From sequence record MN445185.1: a stretch of 64,000 bases of DNA. One strand, 5' to 3'. The notes under the pieces were generated by a model. It did no database searches. It worked only from the letters and a program-made list of their open reading frames with translations, and had not been told where the DNA came from. This document shows positions 18,742 to 28,610 of the stretch, one piece after another (position 1 is the first letter of the stretch; the number at the start of each line of letters is the position of its first letter). The DNA comes from Escherichia phage vB_EcoM_EC001. Made by a program: the position numbers and the translations under genes.

Positions 18742-20076
18742 GTGAGAAAGGTACCAAAATTCTACGGAATATCCGGCCGGTTGGTTAGTCAGGATAACTA
18801 TTTGTCCGATTTGCAAATAGAAGCTGCTGCCAAAGGTATTAAACCACCCACTATTATTAACGATGTCGCCGTTAACGGGGATGCGATCGAGGTTGCTGAA
18901 CTTATCGATCGCATGGTACAGAACAGAATCGTTGACGAAGAACTGAACTCTGCACCGATTTGTAGTTTGGATTGTCCGGCACCGATCGCGCATCGTTACA
19001 ATCTCGGTTGTAAGTGTCCGACGTGTGGCTATGTTGTAACTGAACATCGAATTGAATCCGATGTCTGGTTACGTGCACCTGATGAAATGGGTAACTTCGT
19101 CAACCCACGATTCTGGGCAATGTTCAATGCTTTCTTTAATAGCAAGTTGAAGAAGTTTGAACGTAACAAGGTCACTATCGAACGCGGTAATGACTTGATG
19201 ATGTGGATGATTGACCCGTATTACCGTATAGAAGAACCAGACGGTAAACGCGCACATGCTGTGAAACGTGTATTGGAAGAACATGGTTTCGTTCGTGGCT
19301 TGCGCAATCTGGTTGATAACCACGTTAGTATCTTTAACATCCTTACCACGCCAGAAGCCTGGAAGGAAATCTTCGCACCTAATCGGCATAACGCCGCTGA
19401 AGGTGAACGCTTACGTTTACAATGGAAGGAGCTATTCGAAACGCAACGACACGCATTCTTCCCAAGACACTTACCGCTAATCTCCTCTAAACTTATCGTT
19501 ACTGAGGAAGGTCGTCGTGGTGTCATGGTAGACCCAGTGTTCACGGGTGCTATTGATGCGGTGAAAAATATCGCGTTGCTCTATACGCGGCGTAAAGCGA
19601 TCGAACCACGTTTTCTGATTAGTCGTGCTTTGAAAGCGAACCGTCAGTTAACGTACTTCCACATGGACTTCCGTCGTGAGTCTATGGAAGGTAAACCGGG
19701 TGACTATCGTGCGAAATTGGGTTCTACCCACATCCCGTTCGGTGGTCGTGCAACCATCTCACCTATCTCAGAACCACATGATGCCTGGAAGTTAAAAGCA
19801 CCATGGCGTTGGATGGTTGGGTTGATGTCGACCCACATCGAGAACAAACTGCTACGACGCGGTTATTCGTCACGGCAGTGTGAACGTATCGTTGCGAAAG
19901 CGGCAATGCAGTATGACCCGCTTGTAGATGAAATCTTTAAAGAACTGATTCGTGAATCCCCAGGCGGTCTTGGGATCATGGTCATACCGCTACGTAACCC
20001 AACGCTGGTACAGTTGTCTATTCAAACGCTGTACATCGATGAAGTTGTTACCGATGTTAACCAGTGTTCGCTGCGT
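18742..20076 (+). CDS. multisubunit RNA polymerase beta-prime-like subunit, N-terminal fragment, exon 1 (3-prime boundary approximate)
   Basis: GTG start. Zinc-ribbon CSLDCPAPIAHRYNLGCKCPTCG; LRNPTLVQLSIQ...CSL resembles RQPTLHRLGIQ...HPLVC just upstream of the catalytic loop. ORF continues 58 codons into the intron to stop at 20250. Confidence 0.65.
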
Positions 20077-20453
20077 ATCTCTGACCGTGTGATCAAGATG
20101 GCTAACGGTTCGAAAAGAGCCCCATCGGACGGGAAACCTCTGATGCGTATTCTCCTGAAATGCTGGGAAACCCTAAAGCGTATCTACCAGAAATGGGGAC
20201 GAAAGTCTGAAACAACAGATACGATGGCCTACGCTAAACAATACTGCTAACGGTTGTGATAATGGGTAATCAGCAGCGAAGCCTCGTGAGAGGAACGTTC
20301 AACGACTATCGCTGAAATGCGAGTAGGGGTCCCAGTGGACTTCGAAGTGGGAGAACACCTAAGGCGATAGCTATGGTGAAGATATAGTCTGTGCCTTATC
20401 GAGAGATAAGGAGGGTGTCTTAGCACACCTGCTGTATACGGAAACGGTATACG
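20077..20453 (+). ncRNA. group I self-splicing intron (no internal ORF), boundaries +/- about 10 nt
   Basis: Conserved core elements R (GTTCAACGACTA, 20297..20308) and S (AAGATATAGTC, 20379..20389) with complementary gacta/tagtc. Frame changes between flanking coding segments; beta-prime homology stops at CSLR and resumes at DKQDFDGDQ. Confidence 0.75.
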
Positions 20454-20693
20454 GTGGACAAACAGGATTTCGATGGCGACCAGTTCCAGGTACGTTTACC
20501 AGTCGATGAAACTGAGATGAAGTTGGCGCTCCAATTCCGTCCAGATAACGGCTTTATGTCTTCTACTGATGTGGACCGCGTAGAACACGGCATGGTTTTA
20601 CATAACGAGCTAATCAGTATGCAGAACCAGTTCCTTATTGAAGCAGATGAGGATGATGAAGAAGGCATTCCGTTGGAAGCGGTGATGGGCTAA
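20454..20693 (+). CDS. RNA polymerase beta-prime-like N-terminal fragment, exon 2 (catalytic DFDGDQ loop)
   Basis: Begins VDKQDFDGDQFQVRLPVDETEMKLA, matching [23 protein letters not shown]; ends 79 codons later. Confidence 0.65.
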   Translation: MDKQDFDGDQFQVRLPVDETEMKLALQFRPDNGFMSSTDVDRVEHGMVLHNELISMQNQFLIEADEDDEEGIPLEAVMG

Positions 20694-20706
20694 TAGGAGT
20701 ATTGTA

Positions 20707-21288
20707 ATGTGGCTACAAGGTAGCACGGTGTGGACGAAACAGACCGAAGGTAGCGGGGCACTCAGCGTATTCAAAGAATCGTTTTCGCTGTCTAGCCTGG
20801 CACCCGATCTCGTTGACCGTGTAAAAGAACATTGTCAGGACTTAATCTCACTGGAGCGTTTCCGTGAAACATTCAGTACCGCACGTAAATTACGTTATAG
20901 CGATGCGGTAGAGATGGTAAGACAGATCGAAGAGTTGGGTGAATTCCAGTTCGCCAATGCTGCTTTACAGCCATTCCTCGTTGCCATGCCGGAATATCGT
21001 AAGTTGTATAATGACGGTATGGCGACTGGTTATGAGAACGGCTTTTCGCGGTTGGATGTGTTCAAAGGCAATGCGTATATGCGTACCGATGACCACTTCC
21101 GCGAAGCAACATCGGGCATTTCGACGAAGTACGACGAAGATAAGATTTGGCAATGGGCTACCAATGAAGATCGTGCAGTACGACTGAGTCGAATCGATAA
21201 AGTGGATATTCAACTTAACTGGGCACGCATGTCAGCTTTCGACTGGGAAGATGGTGATCCCTGTTCGGAACTTGGCGCGACGTGTTAA
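20707..21288 (+). CDS. hypothetical protein
   Basis: 193-aa ORF followed by terminator. Confidence 0.55.
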   Translation: MWLQGSTVWTKQTEGSGALSVFKESFSLSSLAPDLVDRVKEHCQDLISLERFRETFSTARKLRYSDAVEMVRQIEELGEFQFANAALQPFLVAMPEYRKLYNDGMATGYENGFSRLDVFKGNAYMRTDDHFREATSGISTKYDEDKIWQWATNEDRAVRLSRIDKVDIQLNWARMSAFDWEDGDPCSELGATC

Positions 21289-21295
21289 AAAAGAT

Positions 21296-21318
21296 GGGGC
21301 TTCGGCCCCTCTTTTTTT
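21296..21318 (+). terminator. intrinsic terminator (ggggcttcggcccc plus T-run)
   Basis: Hairpin plus T-run. Confidence 0.6.
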
Positions 21319-21370
21319 CTTCACTGGGGGCTGTATGCAGCATCCTACCTTGAATTTGACAGGAGCTAAC

Positions 21371-21757
21371 ATGATTGCGGTAGGAACCTTATCCACACGT
21401 GGCTGGGCACGTACACCCCAGGAAAAGGCGCGTGAGCTGATGAACCATTACACCGAGTCTGGCTATAGCCAATCGGTGGTTTATCGTGGGAACATTAAAT
21501 CACTTGCGTATACGCAAGCTGTGTTTGCACAAGATCCCGACGGGATGGTTGCCCAGATTAAAATGGATTTGGAGAACCTCTACGGGAACGTATTTCCTGC
21601 TGGCGTTGAAGTTGAAACCAGCTGGGAGTTTTTAAAAGATTCAGATGTACGTTACCGCATCTTCATTAGTGTCCGTGTGCAAGAAGTTGTAGACGGTGAA
21701 TGGTACGATGTTGAGCGGTACGTGGATACCGAGTCGAGTGCGATTGAGGATATGTAA
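21371..21757 (+). CDS. hypothetical protein
   Basis: Internal ATG (MIAVGTL) of track ORF 21251..21757 with AGGAG RBS. Confidence 0.5.
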   Translation: MIAVGTLSTRGWARTPQEKARELMNHYTESGYSQSVVYRGNIKSLAYTQAVFAQDPDGMVAQIKMDLENLYGNVFPAGVEVETSWEFLKDSDVRYRIFISVRVQEVVDGEWYDVERYVDTESSAIEDM

Positions 21758-22431
21758 TGAGCCAGGAACCTACATTTAACGGTGTACCGTTAAGTCAGAT
21801 GAATGAGCAGATGCGCTTTGAGTATAACAAACTCAAAGAGATTGAAAAGGATTTGGCGGAAAGCCAGAACGTCTGTAGTGTCTTCACCGAAGCACAGTTC
21901 CGTCGACAGGGCTTACCACTGCTGTCCGGGATGCTGGATGGTACTTTTAACGAAGAGACCTGGACGGCTTACGTAGGAAGTCCATTTGTACCCCTACAGA
22001 TTGTGGACGATGCTGATAACAGCAAACTGCTATTTACCATCCCTGCTCTGTTGAACACCGGTCGCTCGTTAATCACCGTTGACGGCGAACCCTCCCTCTC
22101 CGATGAGACTGAGTACATCCGTCGTCAGGTTGATGTGATTGCAACCGTCGGTGAAACCCAGATGTACAAGATGATCGATTACACCTTAACCGGGATCGAA
22201 AATATGTCTCTGGCTGAAAATTCAGTTCGTGCGAAGTACATTATTGACTTGCTGAACTGGATTTTCCGACGCTACGGCGTGGGCGGTCAATTGCCGTATC
22301 CGGAAGGGTTGGTTGAATACGTCGATAAAATTACTGGCGGTAAAAACACAGCGACAGCTGCAGAGACCTCGGTGCAAGCCCCAGCTCAAACGCAGCCAAT
22401 CGTAGGGATCGGTGATGGAGAAGATTACTAA
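21757..22431 (+). CDS. hypothetical protein
   Basis: 224-aa ORF, start overlaps previous stop. Confidence 0.55.
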   Translation: MSQEPTFNGVPLSQMNEQMRFEYNKLKEIEKDLAESQNVCSVFTEAQFRRQGLPLLSGMLDGTFNEETWTAYVGSPFVPLQIVDDADNSKLLFTIPALLNTGRSLITVDGEPSLSDETEYIRRQVDVIATVGETQMYKMIDYTLTGIENMSLAENSVRAKYIIDLLNWIFRRYGVGGQLPYPEGLVEYVDKITGGKNTATAAETSVQAPAQTQPIVGIGDGEDY

Positions 22432-23563
22432 ACCTCCTAAAAAACCAGAAGGTGTTAAGCGCCTTTTGAACACTAACGATATCCATTTGTTGCATAAACG
22501 TGTGCCCACTTGGCACATCGTGGATGTGATACGTGAGGTACTCATTAGCTGCGAAAATACGCTTGACGCCTTTTATATAGCAGGGGATTTATTTGATGAT
22601 TCCCGACATCTTCGCCAGGAAGATTCTCAAGAAGCTGTGGGCTTCTTGACGTGGTTGCTCCAGTGGTCTAAGGCCACTAATACCGCAGTTCGCATCGTTG
22701 AGGGAACACCGTCCCATGACCACGGCCAGTCCAAAATAGTTGAGTCGCTGAACATCAGTATAGGCGCAGACTGTTTGTATTTGGCAGGGATCGGGATATT
22801 TTACGATCCGGCTCTCGATGCGATGGTAGGTTGGGTGCAGGACGAATATAAAGCTGCTGGCGTCGATGAAATTAATGCTGCTGCCACTGAGGCAGAAATG
22901 GCAGAACTGATGGCGACACGAGGCTTGGAGAAGTTAGACTTTATCTTCATGCACGGCTGCTTCCAGTTTCAACTCCCTGTCGAGTCCCCTCGTTCTTTCC
23001 ACGAGGAGTTCTGGTTGCCGAGAGTCAAGCACCTGATATTTATCGGGCACGACCATCGACCTAAAGAATTAGACAAGATAAGAGTTGTAGGTAGTCCTGA
23101 GCGACTATCTCAAGGTGAAGAGGAGGACAAAGGCGTAGCTCTTGTCGATTTCACCGATACGGTTGCCAGGGACTATTTCCTGGTTAACCCACGCGCGTGC
23201 CCGCAGAAAAAGATTCGGGCACAGGAAGACTTTGATGCGCAGTTAGCAGCTTGTCTTTCTGCATTAGAATACATCGACAATCATCCCTCGTCCGCTATTG
23301 GGCGATTTGAAGTCGAGTATTACGCAGGTTCACCGATGGCCGAATACGTCAGTCGGTGGAAAAAAGAATACACGTTCCACATATCTGGAGAACGTGTGCG
23401 CTCCTCTGAAGAAGAGGAGTTGTTAGTGAAGAGTTTTTCGAACGAAGCCCCAGTGTACGAAAAACCTACTCCTGAGAACTTCGAACGGTTGGTTCTCGAA
23501 GAGCTAACATCAGTGAAGTACGACCCTGATGTTGTTACTGCAATCATTAGGAAAATAGAATGA
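22415..23563 (+). CDS. calcineurin-like metallophosphoesterase (SbcD/Mre11-type nuclease or phosphatase)
   Basis: Ordered motifs TNDIHL (D-x-H), IAGDLFD (GD-x2-D), VEGTPSHD (GNH[DE]-like), FIFMHG, IFIGHDH (GH-x-H). Confidence 0.6.
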   Translation: MEKITKPPKKPEGVKRLLNTNDIHLLHKRVPTWHIVDVIREVLISCENTLDAFYIAGDLFDDSRHLRQEDSQEAVGFLTWLLQWSKATNTAVRIVEGTPSHDHGQSKIVESLNISIGADCLYLAGIGIFYDPALDAMVGWVQDEYKAAGVDEINAAATEAEMAELMATRGLEKLDFIFMHGCFQFQLPVESPRSFHEEFWLPRVKHLIFIGHDHRPKELDKIRVVGSPERLSQGEEEDKGVALVDFTDTVARDYFLVNPRACPQKKIRAQEDFDAQLAACLSALEYIDNHPSSAIGRFEVEYYAGSPMAEYVSRWKKEYTFHISGERVRSSEEEELLVKSFSNEAPVYEKPTPENFERLVLEELTSVKYDPDVVTAIIRKIE

Positions 23564-24396
23564 ATCCAATCAGTGTTGATCGCACTTTCGGGTTCTATTC
23601 AGTGTCAATCGCCAGTTCGCTGGCGTTTGAAGGTCTGCTGCATACCGGCGAATACGCCGACTGGAAAGGCGAATTGCCTATCCATTCCTATCAGGAAATA
23701 TACCTGAATCTCCGGACATTGTTCCGTAACGCCTTCTATGCGTTTGAAGAGAATAGAGAACGGTTAACACCCGACGTGATGCTAACATCGATTGAAGAAG
23801 ATATTAATAATCTTACGGCTACCGCGAGAGCGGTAGCCCCTTCGGTGTTATGCGTTCCGTACCTTTGTAGCTATCGTAGCGCTAACAAAGTGTTTCCCGA
23901 AGCCTCGTTCAAAAACATTGCAGGCGGTCAGGATAAGATGACGCCAAACCAGCTGCACTATAATGCACTGGAACACGACACCTTAAAAATGTACGGTGAG
24001 AAACACGAAAATGACTTCCGTCAATTCGATGTTTTCCCAGAGGGTAGCCGCGACACACTGTTACTGACCCACATGCCAGCTGATCTCCTGGCACGTAAAG
24101 ATTTCCCTAAACTGGGTTTGTTGGAATCGCACACCGGTAAAGTGAAAACACAACTGGAGTGGTACACCAAACTTAACGGGAAACCCCAACATATTCCGTT
24201 TAACAAAGCGTTCCTGACGTTGTTTGGCGACGGGATAATGTTTTCACCCCTCGATCGCAAAACGCGTGGGGTGGTGTTAAAAACCGCAGAGAAGTACAGC
24301 TGGAAACAGGATACCACAATGGACCGTATTTATAACTGTCTAAAACTGGTGAATGAGCCATTTGTAATTGAACTGCTCCGCAGGCTTATGAAGTAA
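23560..24396 (+). CDS. hypothetical protein
   Basis: 278-aa ORF, ATGA overlap with previous gene. Confidence 0.55.
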   Translation: MNPISVDRTFGFYSVSIASSLAFEGLLHTGEYADWKGELPIHSYQEIYLNLRTLFRNAFYAFEENRERLTPDVMLTSIEEDINNLTATARAVAPSVLCVPYLCSYRSANKVFPEASFKNIAGGQDKMTPNQLHYNALEHDTLKMYGEKHENDFRQFDVFPEGSRDTLLLTHMPADLLARKDFPKLGLLESHTGKVKTQLEWYTKLNGKPQHIPFNKAFLTLFGDGIMFSPLDRKTRGVVLKTAEKYSWKQDTTMDRIYNCLKLVNEPFVIELLRRLMK

Positions 24397-24461
24397 GTTA
24401 AAATTTACGTTAGTGGGACATCATGTGTGAACCACTAGACTGCTTTTCCGAAAAGGATGAA

Positions 24462-25115
24462 ATGATGATTAACCAAGAAATTTTCAAAGACAAATGGCTT
24501 TACCCGCAGACCGAACCGGATCAGCAAAACCGTACGCGTAAACTCAACATCGAACCGAATGATTTCAACGGTGATGTTGAAACTATGAAGTTTAGCTACT
24601 CCTTTGGTAAGGGCGAAGGTCTCTATTTCTCTGCGCCGATTACGGTTTGCCGTACCATTATCGAAGCTCTGCAGGATTGTCTGCGTAAGAGCGAAAAGAG
24701 TATGCTGAAGTTTACTAACGAAAACGGCAACAAACCGCCCGTTAGTCTGATTGTTGGCCGTGAAGACAACCTGGTACCGTTCATCGCTATTGCCGGTGAA
24801 ATCCAGGGCGTTGGTGCCCGCCAGAAGAAGTTCTACTTCTCCTACCCGAAAGGTTTCCGTATTTTCCGCGACGGCCAGCAGGTTTCTGATTTAGAACTTG
24901 CTGAGCGCTGTGCACGTGCGTTTATCACTAACTTCGAGAAGTTCTTACAGAACCTGGAAGAGAAATATAAGCCGCGTGAATTCCAGCAAGGTGGTGGTAG
25001 CTTCGGTCGTGGCGGATACGGCGGTGGCCAGGGTGGCGGTCAGCGTAGCGGCGGTTATCAACAGCAACAATCTGCACCTCCAGCAACCACTGATTCTTAC
25101 GACGAATTCCTCTAA
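24462..25115 (+). CDS. abundant protein with SSB-like C-terminal tail (Gly/Gln-rich linker plus acidic tip); possible ssDNA-binding protein or SSB-tail mimic
   Basis: Host-like codon usage; ends GGGSFGRGGYGGGQGGGQRSGGYQQQQSAPPATTDSYDEFL, resembling the E. coli SSB tail (shared QQSAP, acidic aromatic terminus). Start chosen at ATG after AAGGA; track ORF starts 24423. Confidence 0.5.
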   Translation: MMINQEIFKDKWLYPQTEPDQQNRTRKLNIEPNDFNGDVETMKFSYSFGKGEGLYFSAPITVCRTIIEALQDCLRKSEKSMLKFTNENGNKPPVSLIVGREDNLVPFIAIAGEIQGVGARQKKFYFSYPKGFRIFRDGQQVSDLELAERCARAFITNFEKFLQNLEEKYKPREFQQGGGSFGRGGYGGGQGGGQRSGGYQQQQSAPPATTDSYDEFL

Positions 25116-25200
25116 GAAACAAAATAAAAAATACGCCCAAGGGAAACCTTGGGCTATTAACGCTTATGCGTGGTCCTGCAACACACACTGTAAGAAGATT

Positions 25201-25221
25201 GAGATAGATATTATCTCAGTG
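25201..25221. promoter_or_regulatory. promoter-like palindromic motif copy 4 (GAGATAGATATTATCTCAGTG)
   Basis: About 30 nt upstream of ATG 25251. Confidence 0.45.
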
Positions 25222-25250
25222 CAATCGACTATTCGCGGAGTTCAACTATA

Positions 25251-26885
25251 ATGAAAATTACGAAGATTAAAGACCGGATGACAATCGAGCATCACGGTCA
25301 AGAGGTCTCATTTATTGGCTTACGTTATCGGAAGGATAACAACGCACCCGACTACATCACTGTTAAAGGTAAACAGATTGCACGCGACAACATTCTCTTC
25401 ATGGAATTACAACGCGTGTGGGATTATTTAACGCCAGACGAACAAGATGAACTGTTCATGGCGTATCTGATGCTGGACGAGCTGGCAAACGAATCGACGG
25501 AAACGCAGCGTAAGCACATGCCGAAGATTGTGCAGACGATTGCGAAGTTCCACAAGGCCGAAGTGTATCGTAAGCTGTATCCCATCGATAAGCTGTGGAT
25601 TCCGCAGAACATGGAAGATACGCACGATGAAATGAACAGTAATTATCCGGAAGCGATGACGTACATTCGTCCGGACTATTACGAGTTGTTGATACTGGTC
25701 CTGATGATTAAACCGTATATTCCGGTGTTCCTTACCATGGGGACGTTCCCGATAGGTAAGAACTTGCCAATCGAAACACATCGGAAAATGGTGTACAATC
25801 TGACATACTGTCTGGAGATGCTTCAAGACACAGAAGTCATGTCTTTACCTGCTATTCCGAAACTGCGTGGGTTCCTACAGACAGTGATGGAAAAGGTAGA
25901 AAAAGAACTGGCAAACAAAGGTACGAACAGCACCAGTTTGTCGGTACTGGCTACGGTGCGGGGCTATGGCACGGATATGATGGAAGATTATATCCTGGCG
26001 TATGCTATTATTAAATTGTTGGCTGTCCGTGAAGTCGGTGGTGAATTACCGGTTGAAATCATGGTTAACAACAATATCGTCACCGGCATGTATTTTCTGG
26101 TTAAACAAGAGATTGAAACAGGTTTTGCAAACAAAATCTCTAACCAGCCGGTGCTGTTGAAAGCGCATCCAGAAAGTGTGGTATTCAATGGCGAAAAGGG
26201 CAAGATAAACGCCATGGATTTGGTGCAGGCACGTTCTCCTGCCCAGATGAAAGAATACGTCCGTACCGAGTACGTATTTAAAGAATACCGCTCTTTCTTG
26301 AAAACAATGCGTCTGGATAATGCCGCTCCAGCAGATGTTAAGTTATTGATTGATTCGCAACTGGCAACACACGACGGTCCTGTCTATACATTGCACGAAT
26401 GGTTAGTCGCATTAGCACTCCATCGTAGCGCGCATTATAAGACGTATACTGAATGTGGACCAGAAGCGTTTCGCTACGGTATGGCGTTGGCGCAGGCAAC
26501 TTATCTCAATTATGGAATGTATGACGTTGCGCAACTGTTAAGTTGCAATATGGTGCGTTCTGAGATGTCTGCCGGTTATGCAGCCGATCCAATTCGATCT
26601 GAACTCAAAGCAGATTTAGATAGATATTATCTTCAGGAGTATCGCAACCCGCGTAATCTCGAACCGCAATCTACACCACGGGAATCACTGACCTTGTTAC
26701 ACAAGGATCACATCAACCCGTATCTGTTCCATCTCAGGGCTACACCAGAAGCAGCTGCGCTGCTGAAGTGTGAGACGGATCAGCCAAACTATATACCTCA
26801 CTTGTCACTGCACAATAGCCTGGCGGAGTTTATGGTGTTGAATGCACGTCGCAAGTTAGAAGAAGTTGAATGGTTTAATTCTTAA
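25251..26885 (+). CDS. hypothetical protein
   Basis: 544-aa ORF downstream of promoter-like motif. Confidence 0.65.
   Translation: MKITKIKDRMTIEHHGQEVSFIGLRYRKDNNAPDYITVKGKQIARDNILFMELQRVWDYLTPDEQDELFMAYLMLDELANESTETQRKHMPKIVQTIAKFHKAEVYRKLYPIDKLWIPQNMEDTHDEMNSNYPEAMTYIRPDYYELLILVLMIKPYIPVFLTMGTFPIGKNLPIETHRKMVYNLTYCLEMLQDTEVMSLPAIPKLRGFLQTVMEKVEKELANKGTNSTSLSVLATVRGYGTDMMEDYILAYAIIKLLAVREVGGELPVEIMVNNNIVTGMYFLVKQEIETGFANKISNQPVLLKAHPESVVFNGEKGKINAMDLVQARSPAQMKEYVRTEYVFKEYRSFLKTMRLDNAAPADVKLLIDSQLATHDGPVYTLHEWLVALALHRSAHYKTYTECGPEAFRYGMALAQATYLNYGMYDVAQLLSCNMVRSEMSAGYAADPIRSELKADLDRYYLQEYRNPRNLEPQSTPRESLTLLHKDHINPYLFHLRATPEAAALLKCETDQPNYIPHLSLHNSLAEFMVLNARRKLEEVEWFNS
26612..26636. promoter_or_regulatory. 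promoter-like motif copy 5, internal to the 3-prime end of CDS 25251..26885
   Basis: AGATTTAGATAGATATTATCTTCAGG about 260 nt upstream of the next gene. Confidence 0.35.
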
Positions 26886-26897
26886 GGAGTATTTAAA

Positions 26898-28598
26898 ATG
26901 CAGCTTGTAAATCTACTGATGTATCCGGTCTACGATGTTCCAGAGCAAGTTCGTCGCCGCATCGGCTTTAACGCATCGACGGGTGCACTGGATGACTTAG
27001 CAGCAGCGGTTGAACTGGGCGGGGAAAAAGCTGTGGGAACACAGCAGTATCAAGAAGCGTTATCTGCCATCGTGGGCTTCGATGGCACCCAGAATGGTTT
27101 TGAGCGTCCATTCATCAACGTGTCCGATGATGACAATCGTCCTGTACAGTTCCAATGGGAATCACGTGATACCGGTATCTTTAACTTCGTGGCGGTGTTT
27201 ATTGCTAAACCTCTGAATGCAACACGCACTCAGGAAACGCAATACATCGTCTCCGGTTATACCAGTCAGGCAGAAACCAGCCTGGGTAGCCTGCTGCCGG
27301 ACGATATGGTGTTGTACATTAACGACATCTACGGCTTACAGGCAACGTATACACACGATGCCCTGGGCGGCAAAACATTGAACCCAGACTCATTCCGTCT
27401 ACTGGATAACTACGTTTTATCGAAAGCGCTGTCTGTTGAAGGTCAAACAGAAAGTACGGTAGATATCATTTCGATCGCGAAAGCAGCGGACATGGTAAAA
27501 CGTATTGAAATGAATAGCGGTGAGAAGTTCGTCCCAACGAGCGACTCTGTGCTATCCGCAACCAGTAGCTCTGCACCACAGTTGATGGTATCCCAACTCC
27601 AGCGTCCAGAAAACTACGTATCTGCAATCAGTAATGCGTATCTGGCAAGCTCTGGGGTAGATACCGAACTCGGTAGCGTGGAAAGCTTCTTTGCAGGTAA
27701 TAACTCCATCGGCGTTGAATCTGAATTGAAGCAGCGTGGTGTTATCCGTAACTACAGCAACCACGAACTGATTGCTGCGATGCGTCAAGCACTCCAGAAC
27801 GGGATGTCTGATGTATCTGGCGGTTGGAAAGCAACCAGTAAGGCGACGTTCCGTTTGGCTGATTTGCGTAATGCGATTGTCAACCCAATGCGGTTGGATG
27901 AATGTATCCGTGAATCGCTGGCGCTGGCAAGTCGCCGTGGGTTGGGTGCAGGGCTGGTTAACCAAACCGACCACTGGATTGGACGTAATGGCTTCTCCAC
28001 GCAGGGTAGTCTAGTTGCGTATGATCTGGCTATGTCTATCGGGCCGATTATGTCACGTAACCTGATTGGTGAAGTGAGCTTTGTCTTTGATAACCGCAAC
28101 ACAGATATCATGATAGAGCCTACGCTGGAAGTTATTCCTAACTCAGTCAGCAGCATCACGCACCATCAGTTACCTGCTGCATTAGGTCGTCGTTTCTTGC
28201 AGAACATGAAAGAAGCGATGGTTCAGGTTACTAAACATAACCATATTCGCTGCCACATGCTGGTCACCGCATTGTTGGGGACCGTTACTCGTATTGAAAT
28301 CCGTGTCGACGACGAACCGCTGGAATATTACACCTACGCGTCGTTTATGCAATTCCGTCTCCATACCGGCAACACCACCGATCTCAAATACGTTGGTGAG
28401 CTGGCACAGAACACCGCAACGCTGCTGAAAGCCGTGGAAGAAGGTTATACAGAATTCGAGAAAGGCCAAGGCCGGGGTCGAATGCTATCTAACATTCCAA
28501 CTAACACAGGTGGCTTAGATCCTCTTGGAGGTCTTGACCTGGGTGGTGGCTTAGGCGGTATAGGCGGAAACGGACTCGGCAACGGTCTCATTGATTAA
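26898..28598 (+). CDS. hypothetical protein with glycine-rich repetitive C-terminal tail
   Basis: 566-aa ORF, TAAGGAG RBS; tail GGLDPLGGLDLGGGLGGIGGNGLGNGLID. Confidence 0.65.
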   Translation: MQLVNLLMYPVYDVPEQVRRRIGFNASTGALDDLAAAVELGGEKAVGTQQYQEALSAIVGFDGTQNGFERPFINVSDDDNRPVQFQWESRDTGIFNFVAVFIAKPLNATRTQETQYIVSGYTSQAETSLGSLLPDDMVLYINDIYGLQATYTHDALGGKTLNPDSFRLLDNYVLSKALSVEGQTESTVDIISIAKAADMVKRIEMNSGEKFVPTSDSVLSATSSSAPQLMVSQLQRPENYVSAISNAYLASSGVDTELGSVESFFAGNNSIGVESELKQRGVIRNYSNHELIAAMRQALQNGMSDVSGGWKATSKATFRLADLRNAIVNPMRLDECIRESLALASRRGLGAGLVNQTDHWIGRNGFSTQGSLVAYDLAMSIGPIMSRNLIGEVSFVFDNRNTDIMIEPTLEVIPNSVSSITHHQLPAALGRRFLQNMKEAMVQVTKHNHIRCHMLVTALLGTVTRIEIRVDDEPLEYYTYASFMQFRLHTGNTTDLKYVGELAQNTATLLKAVEEGYTEFEKGQGRGRMLSNIPTNTGGLDPLGGLDLGGGLGGIGGNGLGNGLID

Positions 28599-28610
28599 GG
28601 ATTATTAACC

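Noticed and set aside
20077-20250. C-terminal 58 codons of track ORF 18742..20250 (ISDRVIKMANGSKR...AKQYC)
   Set aside because: Beta-prime homology stops at CSLR; these codons are read-through into the group I intron.
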